Positions 46,016-59,800 of a stretch of DNA of 64,000 nucleotides are shown here, piece after piece. Location of the stretch: assembly GCA_904063045.1 (NCBI GenBank), contig CAJFCJ010000006.1, forward strand, positions 5,410,408 to 5,474,407, given 5' to 3'. Source of the stretch: Dimorphilus gyrociliatus (taxonomy: Eukaryota; Animalia; Annelida). Made by a program: the position numbers and the translations under genes. A model generated the notes under the pieces. That model searched no databases, was not told the origin of the DNA, and was given only the letters and a program-made list of their open reading frames with translations. Position 1 is the stretch's first letter. Every line of letters starts with the position of its first letter.

Positions 46016-46564
46016 ATGAACAAAATTGATGAGATTTCCATCTTTCTGCCTTCAATTATATATTTGAAGATGTCAAATGATATTCAATTAATTAAAATAC
46101 CAAGACTATTTATCTATTTGCGACAGAAAACTTTGTATATTTATTCAGTATTACGATTATAATATATTTAAATTAACTGCAAATAAACTATGAATTATTC
46201 AACTCTTTAGTAATAGGCAATGTTTATTGAGTAAGTTAACTTAGTCATGATAAAGAGAATTTTTCTAAAAGAGACTAGATGGCGCAACTTGTGTATTAGA
46301 GAAGTAAAATTTCTACAAAATATTACATAATACCAGTTTATTCTTGCGATATCTCTTAAATTCTTTAAGAAATTTCGATTTTCTAAAACAATTTAGTAGA
46401 TATTTTGATTCTAGAAAATGTAAGTTAGATAGTTTTATTAAAGAAATATCATTTTCTGTTAAATCACTAAAAAACAGACATAAAAAAGTAACATCTAAAT
46501 GATGAATACTATAATTTCGCTCTTTGTTGCAGATTACCGATATTCACTGAGAAATTAATACAAA

Positions 46565-47533
46565 ATGTCTGATAACTCTGAAGATAAGAAATTGACAATT
46601 GCCATAAAAATCCAAAAACGAGACGAGGAAAGAAAAGCCGAAGTCACTCGTCGAAAGGATGAGATTTTGTCTAAAAAGCCGGAAAATGAAAAGATTGACG
46701 TATTCGATTCTAATTTCCAGCTTTTAAAGGTAGAGATTGAAGAAAAATTGGCATTGACAGTTGAACCAAGTGATGCTAAAGAACATATTGATGATATCCT
46801 TCAGAGTATTCGAAAAGCGCAGAAACTCTTAACAGATTCAATAAAATTTGTTCCTCCTGTTAGAATTGCTTTCATACAGAATTTAATCAATAAATTTGAA
46901 AGAAACTTGTTAGTTAAGGAGGAGACTTTAAAGCCAAAGAAGAAGTTTGCGTTTAAAAAAGCTAAAAAAGTCCAAGGGCCTATTCAATCCACAATGAAAA
47001 TAGCCAAGAGCGAAGAAACAAGGGACGAAACGAAAAATTTCGGTTTTTCTATAGAAGGGAAAATGGACGAAAACATTACTATTGAAGAGAATCAAACTAA
47101 CCAAAAAGATATCCTTATATCAAATATGAACAATTGTACTATAAGAATTATTGGTAGTCCTGGCACATTACATATGGTCAATATCGATAATTGCACTATT
47201 CTTTCTGGCCCTTCTTCAACGTCTGTCTTTATTGAATTATCGAAAAATAGTCGATTCGTAATGGCAGGACAACAATTTCGTATTCACAAAACCGAGTCGT
47301 CAGATTTCTACATTCACGTTACAAGTCGAGCCATAATAGAAGATTGTAATAGTGTTAGATTTGCTCCATATGTCTTTAATTACGAAAAACTAGATGAACA
47401 TTACAAATTATCTGGCTTAGATAAAAGTGTTAATAATTGGGAACTTGTAAACGATTTTAATTGGTTAACTACAACGAAGAAATCACCAAATTGGGATATA
47501 ATACCTGAAGCGGATAGGCAAACCTTTATATAG
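46565..47533 (+). CDS. TBCC: Tubulin-specific chaperone C
   Basis: N-terminal spectrin-like helical bundle with LKPKKKFAFKK. C-terminal CARP domain AGQQFRIH...HVTSRAIIEDCNSVRFAPY...NNWELVNDFNWL. Single coding exon. Confidence 0.93.
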   Translation: MSDNSEDKKLTIAIKIQKRDEERKAEVTRRKDEILSKKPENEKIDVFDSNFQLLKVEIEEKLALTVEPSDAKEHIDDILQSIRKAQKLLTDSIKFVPPVRIAFIQNLINKFERNLLVKEETLKPKKKFAFKKAKKVQGPIQSTMKIAKSEETRDETKNFGFSIEGKMDENITIEENQTNQKDILISNMNNCTIRIIGSPGTLHMVNIDNCTILSGPSSTSVFIELSKNSRFVMAGQQFRIHKTESSDFYIHVTSRAIIEDCNSVRFAPYVFNYEKLDEHYKLSGLDKSVNNWELVNDFNWLTTTKKSPNWDIIPEADRQTFI

Positions 47534-47841
47534 CATGAAAGATTTTATTTTTATTTTGAAATGAATAGATTTCTAACATTGAAACTTGTCTCTATTCCAT
47601 AAATAACTAAATAAGAAATACTAGAAAAAGGAGAGCATTCTTGTAGAAAGAGATAGAATACTTTAAATAGTATTGTACTATGTTAAACTAGGATTCTAAG
47701 AATACTAATAAAAAGGAAAGAAAAATATCTTACTTCTTTCAATTAGCAACGCAAATATTACAATTCTATTTCTCAAAATATTTAGATAGTAGAGAATGAA
47801 GTGTTAAGGGAAACTTTTGCATTTCTTCTTAGCGCTATAGA

Positions 47842-48332
47842 ATGAAAGCTAATCTAACGTTAATAAACTTTACAGGTACACGTAGTTAATTACTAAATAA
47901 GTGAATAGTAAAAATAATAAGACATTTTTGTGATGTTCTAAAGCCTTATTTACAATTGGAAGCTGTTTGGTATGTTATCAATGCGATAAACGATGGCATT
48001 ATGACTGCGTTACTTCAGACTATTTGGTTACTTGTCCGTCTTTTGAGGGAAAGGCGGCATGTATGTCGAGAGCACAAATTTATGTTAAAAATAGGCGTCT
48101 CTACTGGAAAGAGTGTTCCTCTATGGATGCTTGTCTTTCGATAGAAAAGGATTATAATAAATCTAAATCATGTTCTAAAGATGACGGATCTATGTGCATT
48201 CATTGTTGTAATACAAACGCTTGTAATAAAGTTGATCCGATTGAAGTATATGAAAAAAACAATGGCGATTATTCTCATCTAAATGTTTTAGTGTCAACTT
48301 GGCCTGTTTTTTTGACAGGTTTAATAAAATGA
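47842..48332 (+). CDS. Ly6/uPAR (three-finger) GPI-anchored protein
   Basis: Exon 1 MKANLTLINFT splices in phase 1 to ALFTIGSCLVCYQC. The 10-Cys LU domain ends CIHCCNTNACN, followed by a hydrophobic C-terminal tail. Confidence 0.8.
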
Positions 48333-49977
48333 AATTGAGTCTTGTTTTTTGTTGGTAATACGTTAAATTTGTTTATTTCAAAGGACTGTCGGGATTGAAT
48401 TGATCATATATATATTAATATTTGATGTATATAAAAAATGTATGAATCTTTATATAAATGAATTAATACATCAAAGCTTGTTGTTTAAATTTTTAGTTAA
48501 CATTCCTTTTCATATACTTCATCAAATATCAAATACAACTTAATACTACCTAATGGACATTACTCTTGCGATTGAAGGCTCTTAAACAATATTAGGGAAA
48601 TTTATACAGGTCTATAAATAGATAGAGTAGACGTATAACAGTTATTAGGTACTACGTAGTATGAATGAAACACTGAAGCGACACCTGTCGTCCACACAAA
48701 TAATCAAGCGCGGATCGTGGACTTTGTAAACTATCGAAACATATTCGAACAAAACCGGAAAACGATCTGCACGCTAGCTGCGCATGCTCGCCAATGTTCT
48801 GCCGCAATTAGGAAAAAAAACTGTTTTCAACACTTATTATTGAATTCTCGAGAACTAAATCGATTTCGGCGGATTTTTAACAATTATAATTACAAGCGAT
48901 CTTATTTAAGAAATAACCTGTACCTTGGGCATGTTTTGATTTAATCATTGAATTGGGTACAATACGCTGAAGAAGTTGTTATCACAGGTTGGTTACATTG
49001 TTTATTACTAGAACATATCTCATGGGTAATCAGTCCCTTGCAGAAATGATTGATTTTGCATTAAAGTAAAAATCTGTATATACGCGTTCCTGAGATTAAA
49101 CGATAACTGACAAAAGGATTGACCTAAATATTTCTTGTCAAGCCCATGACACAAGCATCAGACCTTTAACGTTTACCTATTTCTTATTAACATTTTCAAA
49201 AATTATAACACGATCTTCTATAAATGATATATTTCGAGTACGAGAGTCACGAGTTACCGTGACCTGATTTCATTGAACTGGGGAATAAAGCGTTAAGCCA
49301 GATGATAAATATAGCGTAATTAATAAACGATATACCTATGGAATAATAAATATGGAAACAATACTTGACTGTGGTTTTTAAAGAATTAAACATATTAAAT
49401 AGTAGAAATTAGGCTCATTCACCTGTTGTCTTAAATTCTATACTTTTTAAATATTAAAGGTGATATTTATTTATAGTATTGTAAACCCTAAATGAACAAA
49501 AATAAAAGTCCACATATTTGTAGCTGGATAATATGTTTCCTCTTGCTAGGTTATTGTTGCTATCGTTCTACTTAGAAGTGGTTGGTAAAGGGTTAATAAA
49601 AGTAATTGCCTTTCGTATGGTTACTTGATACGTTCTTTACGTAATAATGCATTAAAAAATGACAAGTCTTTAAATGTGCATCTAAAACAGGATCTCCAAA
49701 ATACTAAAAACGAGAAATTTAGAATATGAGATAGTCAAATAACCACTACGCTGTCTATTCATAAGGTGAGTCATCGTATTTCGACAATCTTAGAATAACT
49801 AAAAAACGTATGGTAAACTCATAACCGACTTCAGTATAATGTATTGAGATAGTTTTAATCTATTTTACTCGTGTGCTTTACGATAACTTGTTTAAAGTAG
49901 GTCAATATAGTTTCAGATAAGCGACTTGAAGTAAAAAGGATAATAAAGCGGAAATATAATAAAAAAGAAGGGAAATA

Positions 49978-51800
<1,823 letters not shown>

Positions 51801-52106
51801 GACTGGTTTCTGACTCATCTGGTCTCTAACCCCCAACCATAAAGCCGCGAATAGGATCTCAAGCGAAAAAAAACGACTGTGCATAATGAGAAACTGTAGG
51901 TTTATTGACGAGCTTAATTGATTACAGAACCAAACGTTTGTGATTCATACGTGTGCGAAAAACGAAAAAAATTATTAAAATCGTCTTGTCTATTCTGTAT
52001 ATGTGTTTAATAAAAAAAAACAGTAACAAAAACTTTGGCAAAGTTGTAACGGCTTTGCAAAAGTCAAGCAATAAAATGAAACGTGACTAGCAAACGGAGG
52101 CTTTTC

Positions 52107-52607
52107 TTAGCCGTCATTTCCGTGAAGTCTATTAAGAACATCAATGTCTAAATTGTCATCGAATTCATCGTCGCCAAAATCGCTTTTGTTGATAGACCGC
52201 AGCATCTGACGTTTTTCTTCTGGATCTTTGCATGCTCTAACGATTTTCGCCAATTCCTGCTGATTATATTCTACTAAAAATTTCTGACAAGATCTCATGG
52301 AACCGGCACAATGTAAAGTTCGAAATATTGCTGGAACGTTTTCAACTTTTTTAATAAAAAACATTGCCGCTTGCACCATATCCTTCATATCTCTCTTACA
52401 TCTAATCTTAGCTATTCGTGTGTAAGGATTGACATACTTTACTCTTAAATTCGTTTTTATCGATCCATACCCGTAGTCACCGAAATTCTCTTTTAAGGCT
52501 TCTAATAGGCATTTATATATCATTTTACCATTTAAATTTTGGTCATATAATCTGCCATCGGCAAAATTAACTTCAGCCACAAGATATCTGTGCTTGAAGC
52601 GAACCAT
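52107..52607 (-). CDS. POP5: RNase P/MRP protein subunit POP5
   Basis: MVRFKHRYL, FGDYGYGS, VKYVNPYTRIAKIRC, TLHCAGSMRSCQKFLVEYN; single exon. Confidence 0.93.
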   Translation of the reverse strand: MVRFKHRYLVAEVNFADGRLYDQNLNGKMIYKCLLEALKENFGDYGYGSIKTNLRVKYVNPYTRIAKIRCKRDMKDMVQAAMFFIKKVENVPAIFRTLHCAGSMRSCQKFLVEYNQQELAKIVRACKDPEEKRQMLRSINKSDFGDDEFDDNLDIDVLNRLHGNDG

Positions 52608-53825
52608 GTTTATAAAAAAAATAGGAAACAGATGTCGCTAGGTGTTTCCGTCGTCGACAAATTTTACGGCTGTTCTTTTTATTTTTCACAATCCCTTAGT
52701 TAATTTAATAAGATAACCCTCAAAATATTTGGCGTAAAAATCAGTAAGAATTATTTGTAAATAAATAGTATGCTTCTTGTAATATTAATGGTTAAAATAT
52801 TAAAATTACTAATTACTTAAAAATATACAAGGGGAGTAATAGCGCCATTCATAACGGCAGAAATTGGCCGACCAGCGGAGGTCGGTGCTGTGCGCTATCG
52901 GATAAACTTCGATTTTTAATGGATTACGTACTCTATTTTAGCGGTTTATGGTCGGCAAAGTTTTTTTTACTCGTGTAAGTATACTATCGAGATACAAAAA
53001 TAAAATAATATGCATTGGTCATTTTGGTATAAGAGCGATTTACTTGAGTGTATGGTGCAGTATTCATTTGAAAGGTTTCGGCAACTTGCAGATAAGACAA
53101 AAAGAAAAACAAACCTCAAAAAGAGCATTCGCGTACTGTTTTTATCGTTAGAAAAATGCTATGACAGAACTTAATAGCGCTCAGAGTACAAGTTTTTTTG
53201 TATTTACGTAAGGAAACCCAAAAATCTTATCCCAGTTAAATGAAAAACGTTCGATTTTGGTAGCGACATCTGCTTTGAACGTGATGAAAATTGAGAGGAG
53301 AAGGGAATTCAATAAAAACATCTGCTTGAGACTGCATAGACACAGGAAACTAGCTATTTCACCTTTACTTAATGAAAAAAACTTGGAAGTTTAATGAGAG
53401 TCTTGTAAGAAAATTTACTCGTTTTAAGTGTATCTGTATCCGTAAAAAACTATCAATTTATAGTTGAAATGTGATTTATTGTTTACACAAGACCTTGCAC
53501 AGAGCGAAAAAACTGCAATGAATACTGCAGTAAGAGTGTTTATCCAGTCAATAATACTCGAAGGTATATATACTCGCTCACTTCAGTTCTTTCGTTTACA
53601 TTACTGATGAATATACATATTCAATTTACCCTTCGGAAGCTAGTGGAAAAAACAAACAAATTTCTCCGTTTGTACCTTAAGGCCTACATTTTATTTTGCC
53701 TTTTTTTTAAACGATTTGTGTGTTTGTGTTCCCCTGCAGATAATCGACAAGGCCGGTCAGGAATAAAGAGGACTCACTGTCATGCCGCTCTAAACTATTG
53801 AGGTAATGTTAGCCCATTGCTGAAA

Positions 53826-56800
53826 ATGTCTGGAAGAAAGGGCAAAACGTCTTTGGTGAAAGTTATCTTTCTGGACGATACCGTTCAAGTTTTTCAAGTT
53901 CCGGTAAGCTTACATTTTCTTATTTATTTCCTCGCTTTCCTACAATAATCCGTAAAACCTAAATGGTGCAGTTCTGTTTATTATCGGTAATCGGTTGCCA
54001 ATTGTTAAGACTACTGAGGTTTTGTTTGTCAATTATTCAATAAGACGGTCGGAAGAGGGGTGTATCACGCAGCGTAACGTTTTGTTGCGAAATAATTGAA
54101 AAAGATGAAGCGTGATTTACGAGCGACTTTTGTGACGGGAGAATATTTGGACAATTGATTTTCCGTTAGTTGAAGGCCAGTCGATAAGGCATATAGGGAA
54201 CATTCCTCTTTTCGATGGTATAGTGCATTAAGCGTTGTTTCTCCTGCTTAAAAATGATGATTAGAGAGGAAAATTATGCGAACGATCAATCGAAAGGATT
54301 TCTCTCTTTCTTTCCTTTCTACTCCTATATTTTTTTTTACAATCGTTCTTTAGTATTATTTTTCTATCGGCCTCTTCTCGCAAACGGGCAATTTTTTTTT
54401 CTTTTTATGCTCAACAGTCTTTATTATCGGCTACCGTTGGTTTTTATAACAGGGAATTAGCCGCCTATTGAAGGATTTTTTATTAGACAAACACCCTCCA
54501 ACGAGTCTAGCTAATGTTAACTATTCGTAGTTGTTTTGCGTACGTTTGTAATTGAAAAGAGAATTCTACACACGTGCGGGTTACTGACATTTGAAGGTGT
54601 TAAATAGGAAAAACACGAATGTCCAAGGTCCGATTTGCCTTTATCGATTGCTTTTTTGTATAGCTACATTTATACACACGTAGAATATCTATGCAAATAT
54701 ATATATTATGTACAAATGTTAACATAGATAACATTAAATGCTATAATCAATGTCAATTTTTCGATTAAATCAATGCGTGTTAAATCATTTTTACAACTCT
54801 GTTTTTTTGCTTTAAGGTCGAAGTTACAGATGTTTGTTTGTGTTTTAGACGTGTTGTCAGCAGTTGTTTTCCAATGAAGAAGTTCTCTTTGAAATTTGTT
54901 TATAGTCTTCATCTATTCTCACTATCAAAATGTAAATAGAGAAACGCGGCAGCAGCGGCAACACGAATAATTAATGCTACCCGACTAGCACTACTATTTC
55001 TCTCTATCTTTTCTCACTTTCCTCTTTCTGTATGTGTCCCTGTCTCTCTTTACCACTTATTCAGTCTATTATTTTGTATTTTTCTCTCCTTCGTTTTATC
55101 TCTCTCTCTCTCTCTCTCGAGCACTTAAGCTTTATACAGTATATCAAGATAGATACTGTATAATGAGGGGAGACAGAGAGGTTTCTATCTCCATTGTATT
55201 TTTTGTGAGAACGGTGATGAGCTAGTCACTCATTAATTCCCTTCCGGTAGCGTGATGACTTACGAGTCGTTTTTTTTTCTGTTATTGATCGACTAATGTA
55301 ATATCCGACCTTTTGACTTTATATCTCACTTGTAAAGAGAAATATGAGCAGACGAGCCTACTAGGCGTTACTTTTTTTTATCTTGTTGAGTTGGTGAAGA
55401 ATCTCTGGAGAGTGGTGACGCCCAATAAAAAATCGACCTTAATTAAACTAATCGACGAAGCAGTCTGCTGCTGGATTGACTTGTCACATCCAGTCGAGTC
55501 TGACGACGTACAATTGCCTATTGGATTACGTCGTTAGTGTACGTCGCAAAGAGAGGTGGGTGGGAGTGAGGGCGGCAATACTAGGTGTAAAATTTTAGGC
55601 TGTTTTTGGTGATTGACGAGGATCTGTAATTTCATTAACGAAATAAGGCGTGAGTTTAGATTATTGACAAGGGACAGGGAAAGATTTAATTTAGTTTCTG
55701 GATAATACTATAGTAGCAGGAGGCTATTTATTGGGTTATTAATTTATTAAAGCGGGAGGAAGGGATGAAAGAAATGCGAATCTCTCCTCGCTCTGTATGC
55801 ATGGTACAATCGATAGGATAAGTTTGTAAGAAAGCGAGTAACACATTTCGGTGAGGAGGGAATTCTATTGATGGGAGGGCGTCATTGCGAGTTGTGCGTT
55901 ATCGATCTGGGAATGGCGTAATTTTTTCTTTCTTCCAAATACATTTTCGTTTACTACAATTACAAATTTTTTTGACTGAGGGATTTAGTTTGCATGCAAA
56001 CTTGAGAATCTATCTGCTTTCGTCAGATAAAACCTATATAATGGGAAATATTCTACTGTACCACGGCAACGAATAGCTATATTTCAAATTATCTAGGCAT
56101 TTTTTACTTTTTATTAACGACGGCATAAAAAAAAAGAATGTTTATGTTATTTTTATTTTTCCTTCAGGCCAAGGCTTATGGTGCAACATTGTACACCGAA
56201 GTCGTAAAAAAATTAAAGCTAATTGAGGCGGACTATTTCGATTTGGAATTTACGGAAACCAGCGGTTGCAACGTTTGTAAATCCTTTTACATTTTAATCC
56301 ATAACCAATGATGGGATTATACCTTATACAGTGTTGGCTCGATAGAGAAAAACCAGTATTGAAACAGTTGAACCCAGCCGATTATACTTTGAGATTTGTT
56401 GTTAAGTTTTACACGCCTGATCCTGGTTTGTTAGAAGACGAATATACTAGGTAAGTTAGCTTTTTTTCTTGTAAATAACCGTAATAGAATATGCGGAAGA
56501 TCACTTTTTTTTTGTACTAGAATTCGTTCAGACCGTTTTTATATAGATTGTCAATGCTCTGAAGTAGTTTTACAAGTGTTATTATCGGATTCTCTATTCG
56601 TCTCTTGTTCTCGTAATATTTTGTTTAAGGAAAGAAAAAGTTTGAGTGAAAATAATTTAAACTAGAGAACACATTTCTGGGGTAATAGATATTTCTTTGG
56701 CGCCAAATCTTATTTATTATGGTATATGATAATAAATATAGCGTATCTAGGGGTTGGAGTATTCTCCAATTTTTTTGCCCTATACGAATTCGGAAGATTA

Positions 56801-59800
56801 CTGACCATGTCTTAAGAAAGAGCACAGAATGCAAATATTAACTGGGATCTGCTAACCGGAAACTTGCTTCTTGCTTTATCTCTTTAAAATATCTCATCTA
56901 TCCTGCGCAAAATGTCTGACCTCTTCTGTTAAGATTTTAACATTTTACGATTGAAAGGAAGTCAAGATACATTTAATCGTAATGAATTTATATTGATACC
57001 ATAAATGTTCGCAAGTATCTACGAAATGAAAATACTCTCACCTAGGGAATCAATAATATAATCTACACTGTATTTAGTAGACGAATTATTTCAGTCTAAT
57101 TCAAGGAAATCGAATAATTTGGAGCTCATTAAATATGAATAAGTTTAAGAGTACAAAAGAGCGGAATAAAATCCTAATAAAAGAATTAGCATTTCGGGAA
57201 AAATTAATTTTTTCTAAACAGGAATTTATTGTAATAGATTTTTTACTATTAAGATTAGATATATGAATTATTATAGAATGGCCTGATTTCGGGACCGTAG
57301 GAAATGGTTTGACCGAATTCCAAAAGTCTTATTTTGATAGATTCGTAAAGATTAATAATCGCTTCTTTACATTTTTCTATTGAATAAATGCTGCAATAAT
57401 TAATTTCGAAGATAAATACTATATAATAAAGGAATAGCTTGGTGGAAAATAACCTCTCTTGTCAAAACGCTTCGGTTATTTTTTTTAATCCTCATAATCA
57501 CTAGAGAATCTAGTACAATTGAGTTTTTTCGAGCGTTACACTTCCTGGCCGACTTCCTTCCAGCTTGATTGGCTAGACTGAGTTATATCTGTACCACCAT
57601 CTAGGATAAGAGGAGATTTTTAGTGTAACAGTCAGTCACGATTGCTTAATATTATTCCAAAACATTTGAAGTCAAGTCGAATCGGTCGAGTGGAAAAATC
57701 AGTCACCGCTTTATCTCAATTTCCTATCCCTCTTGACACAAGTCAAAGACAAATTTAGATTCTCAGGACGTGAAGAAAAAGTATGGTATTAAAAAAAAAA
57801 AAGAATAAGTGCCGAGAAATTTAAGCCGAGTCAGACGGATAATATATGTGTGCTTCGTTGATTACTAGTGAAGAAAGTTAGATAGTGCGCACCGATAAAA
57901 GCTGGTAGAAGAACGAATATCGTCAATGAGATGGAAAAGACATTCATGAACTCGGAAAGCAACATTTTATAGGCAACGTTCCTTCTTTTACGAGAACGTG
58001 TCTTCAGCAGCACAAGTAAATTGGATAGTGGCGGTCTTTTTAATGGCACCTCCTATACGGATATAAAAGGAGATTTTGTTCCAATTTAGAAAATCTGAGA
58101 ATGTTGCCATTTTTTTCGATGATACCTGTGTCTACTGTAGAATGAAACCAGGAATAACTTTAATAAAAATTCGCCAATTTATCTATAAAACCCTTTAGGG
58201 CAAATAACCCATGATTATCACTTTTCCTTGCCAGTCTCGTCTTCTGTCCTATTATTTCTCCATGTCTTGGGCAAATCTTGCGGTTTGTTAGTCGTCTCAA
58301 ATTCCTACAGATCTCATTTATGTTGAAATAAGGACTGATCGATAGATTGCAGTAGCATTAGATTGGAGATAGATAATAGATATAGAAAAGAGTTGTGTAT
58401 TTCCTGCCTACAATTTACATAGTTTAAATATTTTAATATTGAAAAAATATTTTCATATGCACTCCTTATCGGGAACTACTATTAGCACAAGTTAAACAAA
58501 CCTAGTTTTTTAGAGGAAATTTAGAAATTAAAACTCCTTGAGATCAAGTCACAATAGAAGATAAAATAGATATAGGTATCTACTTTATAAAGCACTTTGT
58601 ACTAAGATTTAGTCAATAAAAATTACTTTACCTTGATAAATTTTTTGAACATTTGATTCTTACTCAATAATTATAAATCGAAAATTACTTTTTATTACTA
58701 CTTCCTGATGATTTCTCAAGTTCTGCATAAATATTAAAAATTGATTTTTATATGAATCATTTAAGACTTGAATAAGCTTTAACTAAAAATCGATCAACCA
58801 TTCAGACACTTTTTTATGTTGACTTGCACTTCAAGTACAATTTCTGCGACTAACTGATTAATAATATTTATTATTCAAGGACATTTTAAAAAAAAACTAG
58901 CCAATCGTAGGGACTATTTTGGCTCGGTTGCGTGCAGGCTGAATTTACTCATATTAAACGATTATTATAGTTTTATTGCTGACGACATTTCATGGTGAAC
59001 GGTATAAGACTTATTATATGAGCAGTTAAGAAAGATAACAGCCATTCAGCTGGGGAGAAAGAATATATTCAATTTTTTCAAAAGAAAATATTATATTGAG
59101 AGAGATTCTATTTTATATTCGGTGAAAAGGATTCTCAGATGGCGTGCATTTCGAGTATTAGAGAGCAGAAATCAACAAAAATCAATAACAATTTGCCGCC
59201 TGAATCAACTAATCGATCACAAAATAAATTATCAGTTACTGAAAGGTTAAAGAAACTCGTAATATTTAAATCGAGAAAACGTGGTCAGGAGAAAGGACGT
59301 CGTTTAGCCTCAATTCAGGAATTGGGTGAAAAAGTAGATATTAATATCTTTTTTGGGAGATTAGAAGAAAAGGGAGTGTTGGCAAAGTAGGTGGCAATAT
59401 GTAATATTTTCTTGTCACACATTTTATGTGTGCACAACGAAATATTTTTCTCTTTTATATACAAGTGTATAAACCATATATATATATATTATATACGTAT
59501 TCACGTATGTATTATAGATTGAGGCATGAGGGAACAATAATTATGTATGGAGTAAGGAGCAATCAATTGCAAATAATTTTAACCAGAAGTGTCGAGTCCT
59601 CTGTGCGCAATACACTTTTGGAGTCTAGCGGGTATTCTCAGGCGTGTTTGGATTACTTTATACGCTATGACTTTGTAAAATCTTTTAAATTCGAACAAGA
59701 CTCTGGTTTCCTTTGTTCCAATGGTCATGGACTTGCGACAATTGGTTTTGTAATATATGATGGGAAACGCCACTACGGAGTCACAGTTAATCATGGTGCT

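Noticed and set aside
45772-46041. Minus-strand hydrophobic ORF MEISSILF...
   Set aside because: Antisense of the cyclase's last exon (YSDNPRYPLKPG...HK*), which splices in phase on the plus strand.
46274-46285. CTCF-like core ACTAGATGGCGC (a similar ACTAGGTGG lies near 34196)
   Set aside because: Partial motif match only, lacking the CC 5' bases; it cannot be supported without ChIP or ATAC data.
48980-49000. TATCACAG, matching the miR-2 family seed
   Set aside because: No complementary arm at pre-miRNA distance and no similarity beyond the seed.
55500-55537. Hairpin ctgacgacgta...tacgtcgttag in a FARP intron
   Set aside because: An 11-bp stem with a wobble, too short for a pre-miRNA and not unexpected by chance in 64 kb.
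53607-58049. Short ORFs in FARP 5' region and introns (53607, 54254, 54706, 55034, 55313, 55885, 56625, 57831)
   Set aside because: Low-complexity F/L/Y-rich translations of AT-rich or CT-rich intron, with no splice-consistent model.
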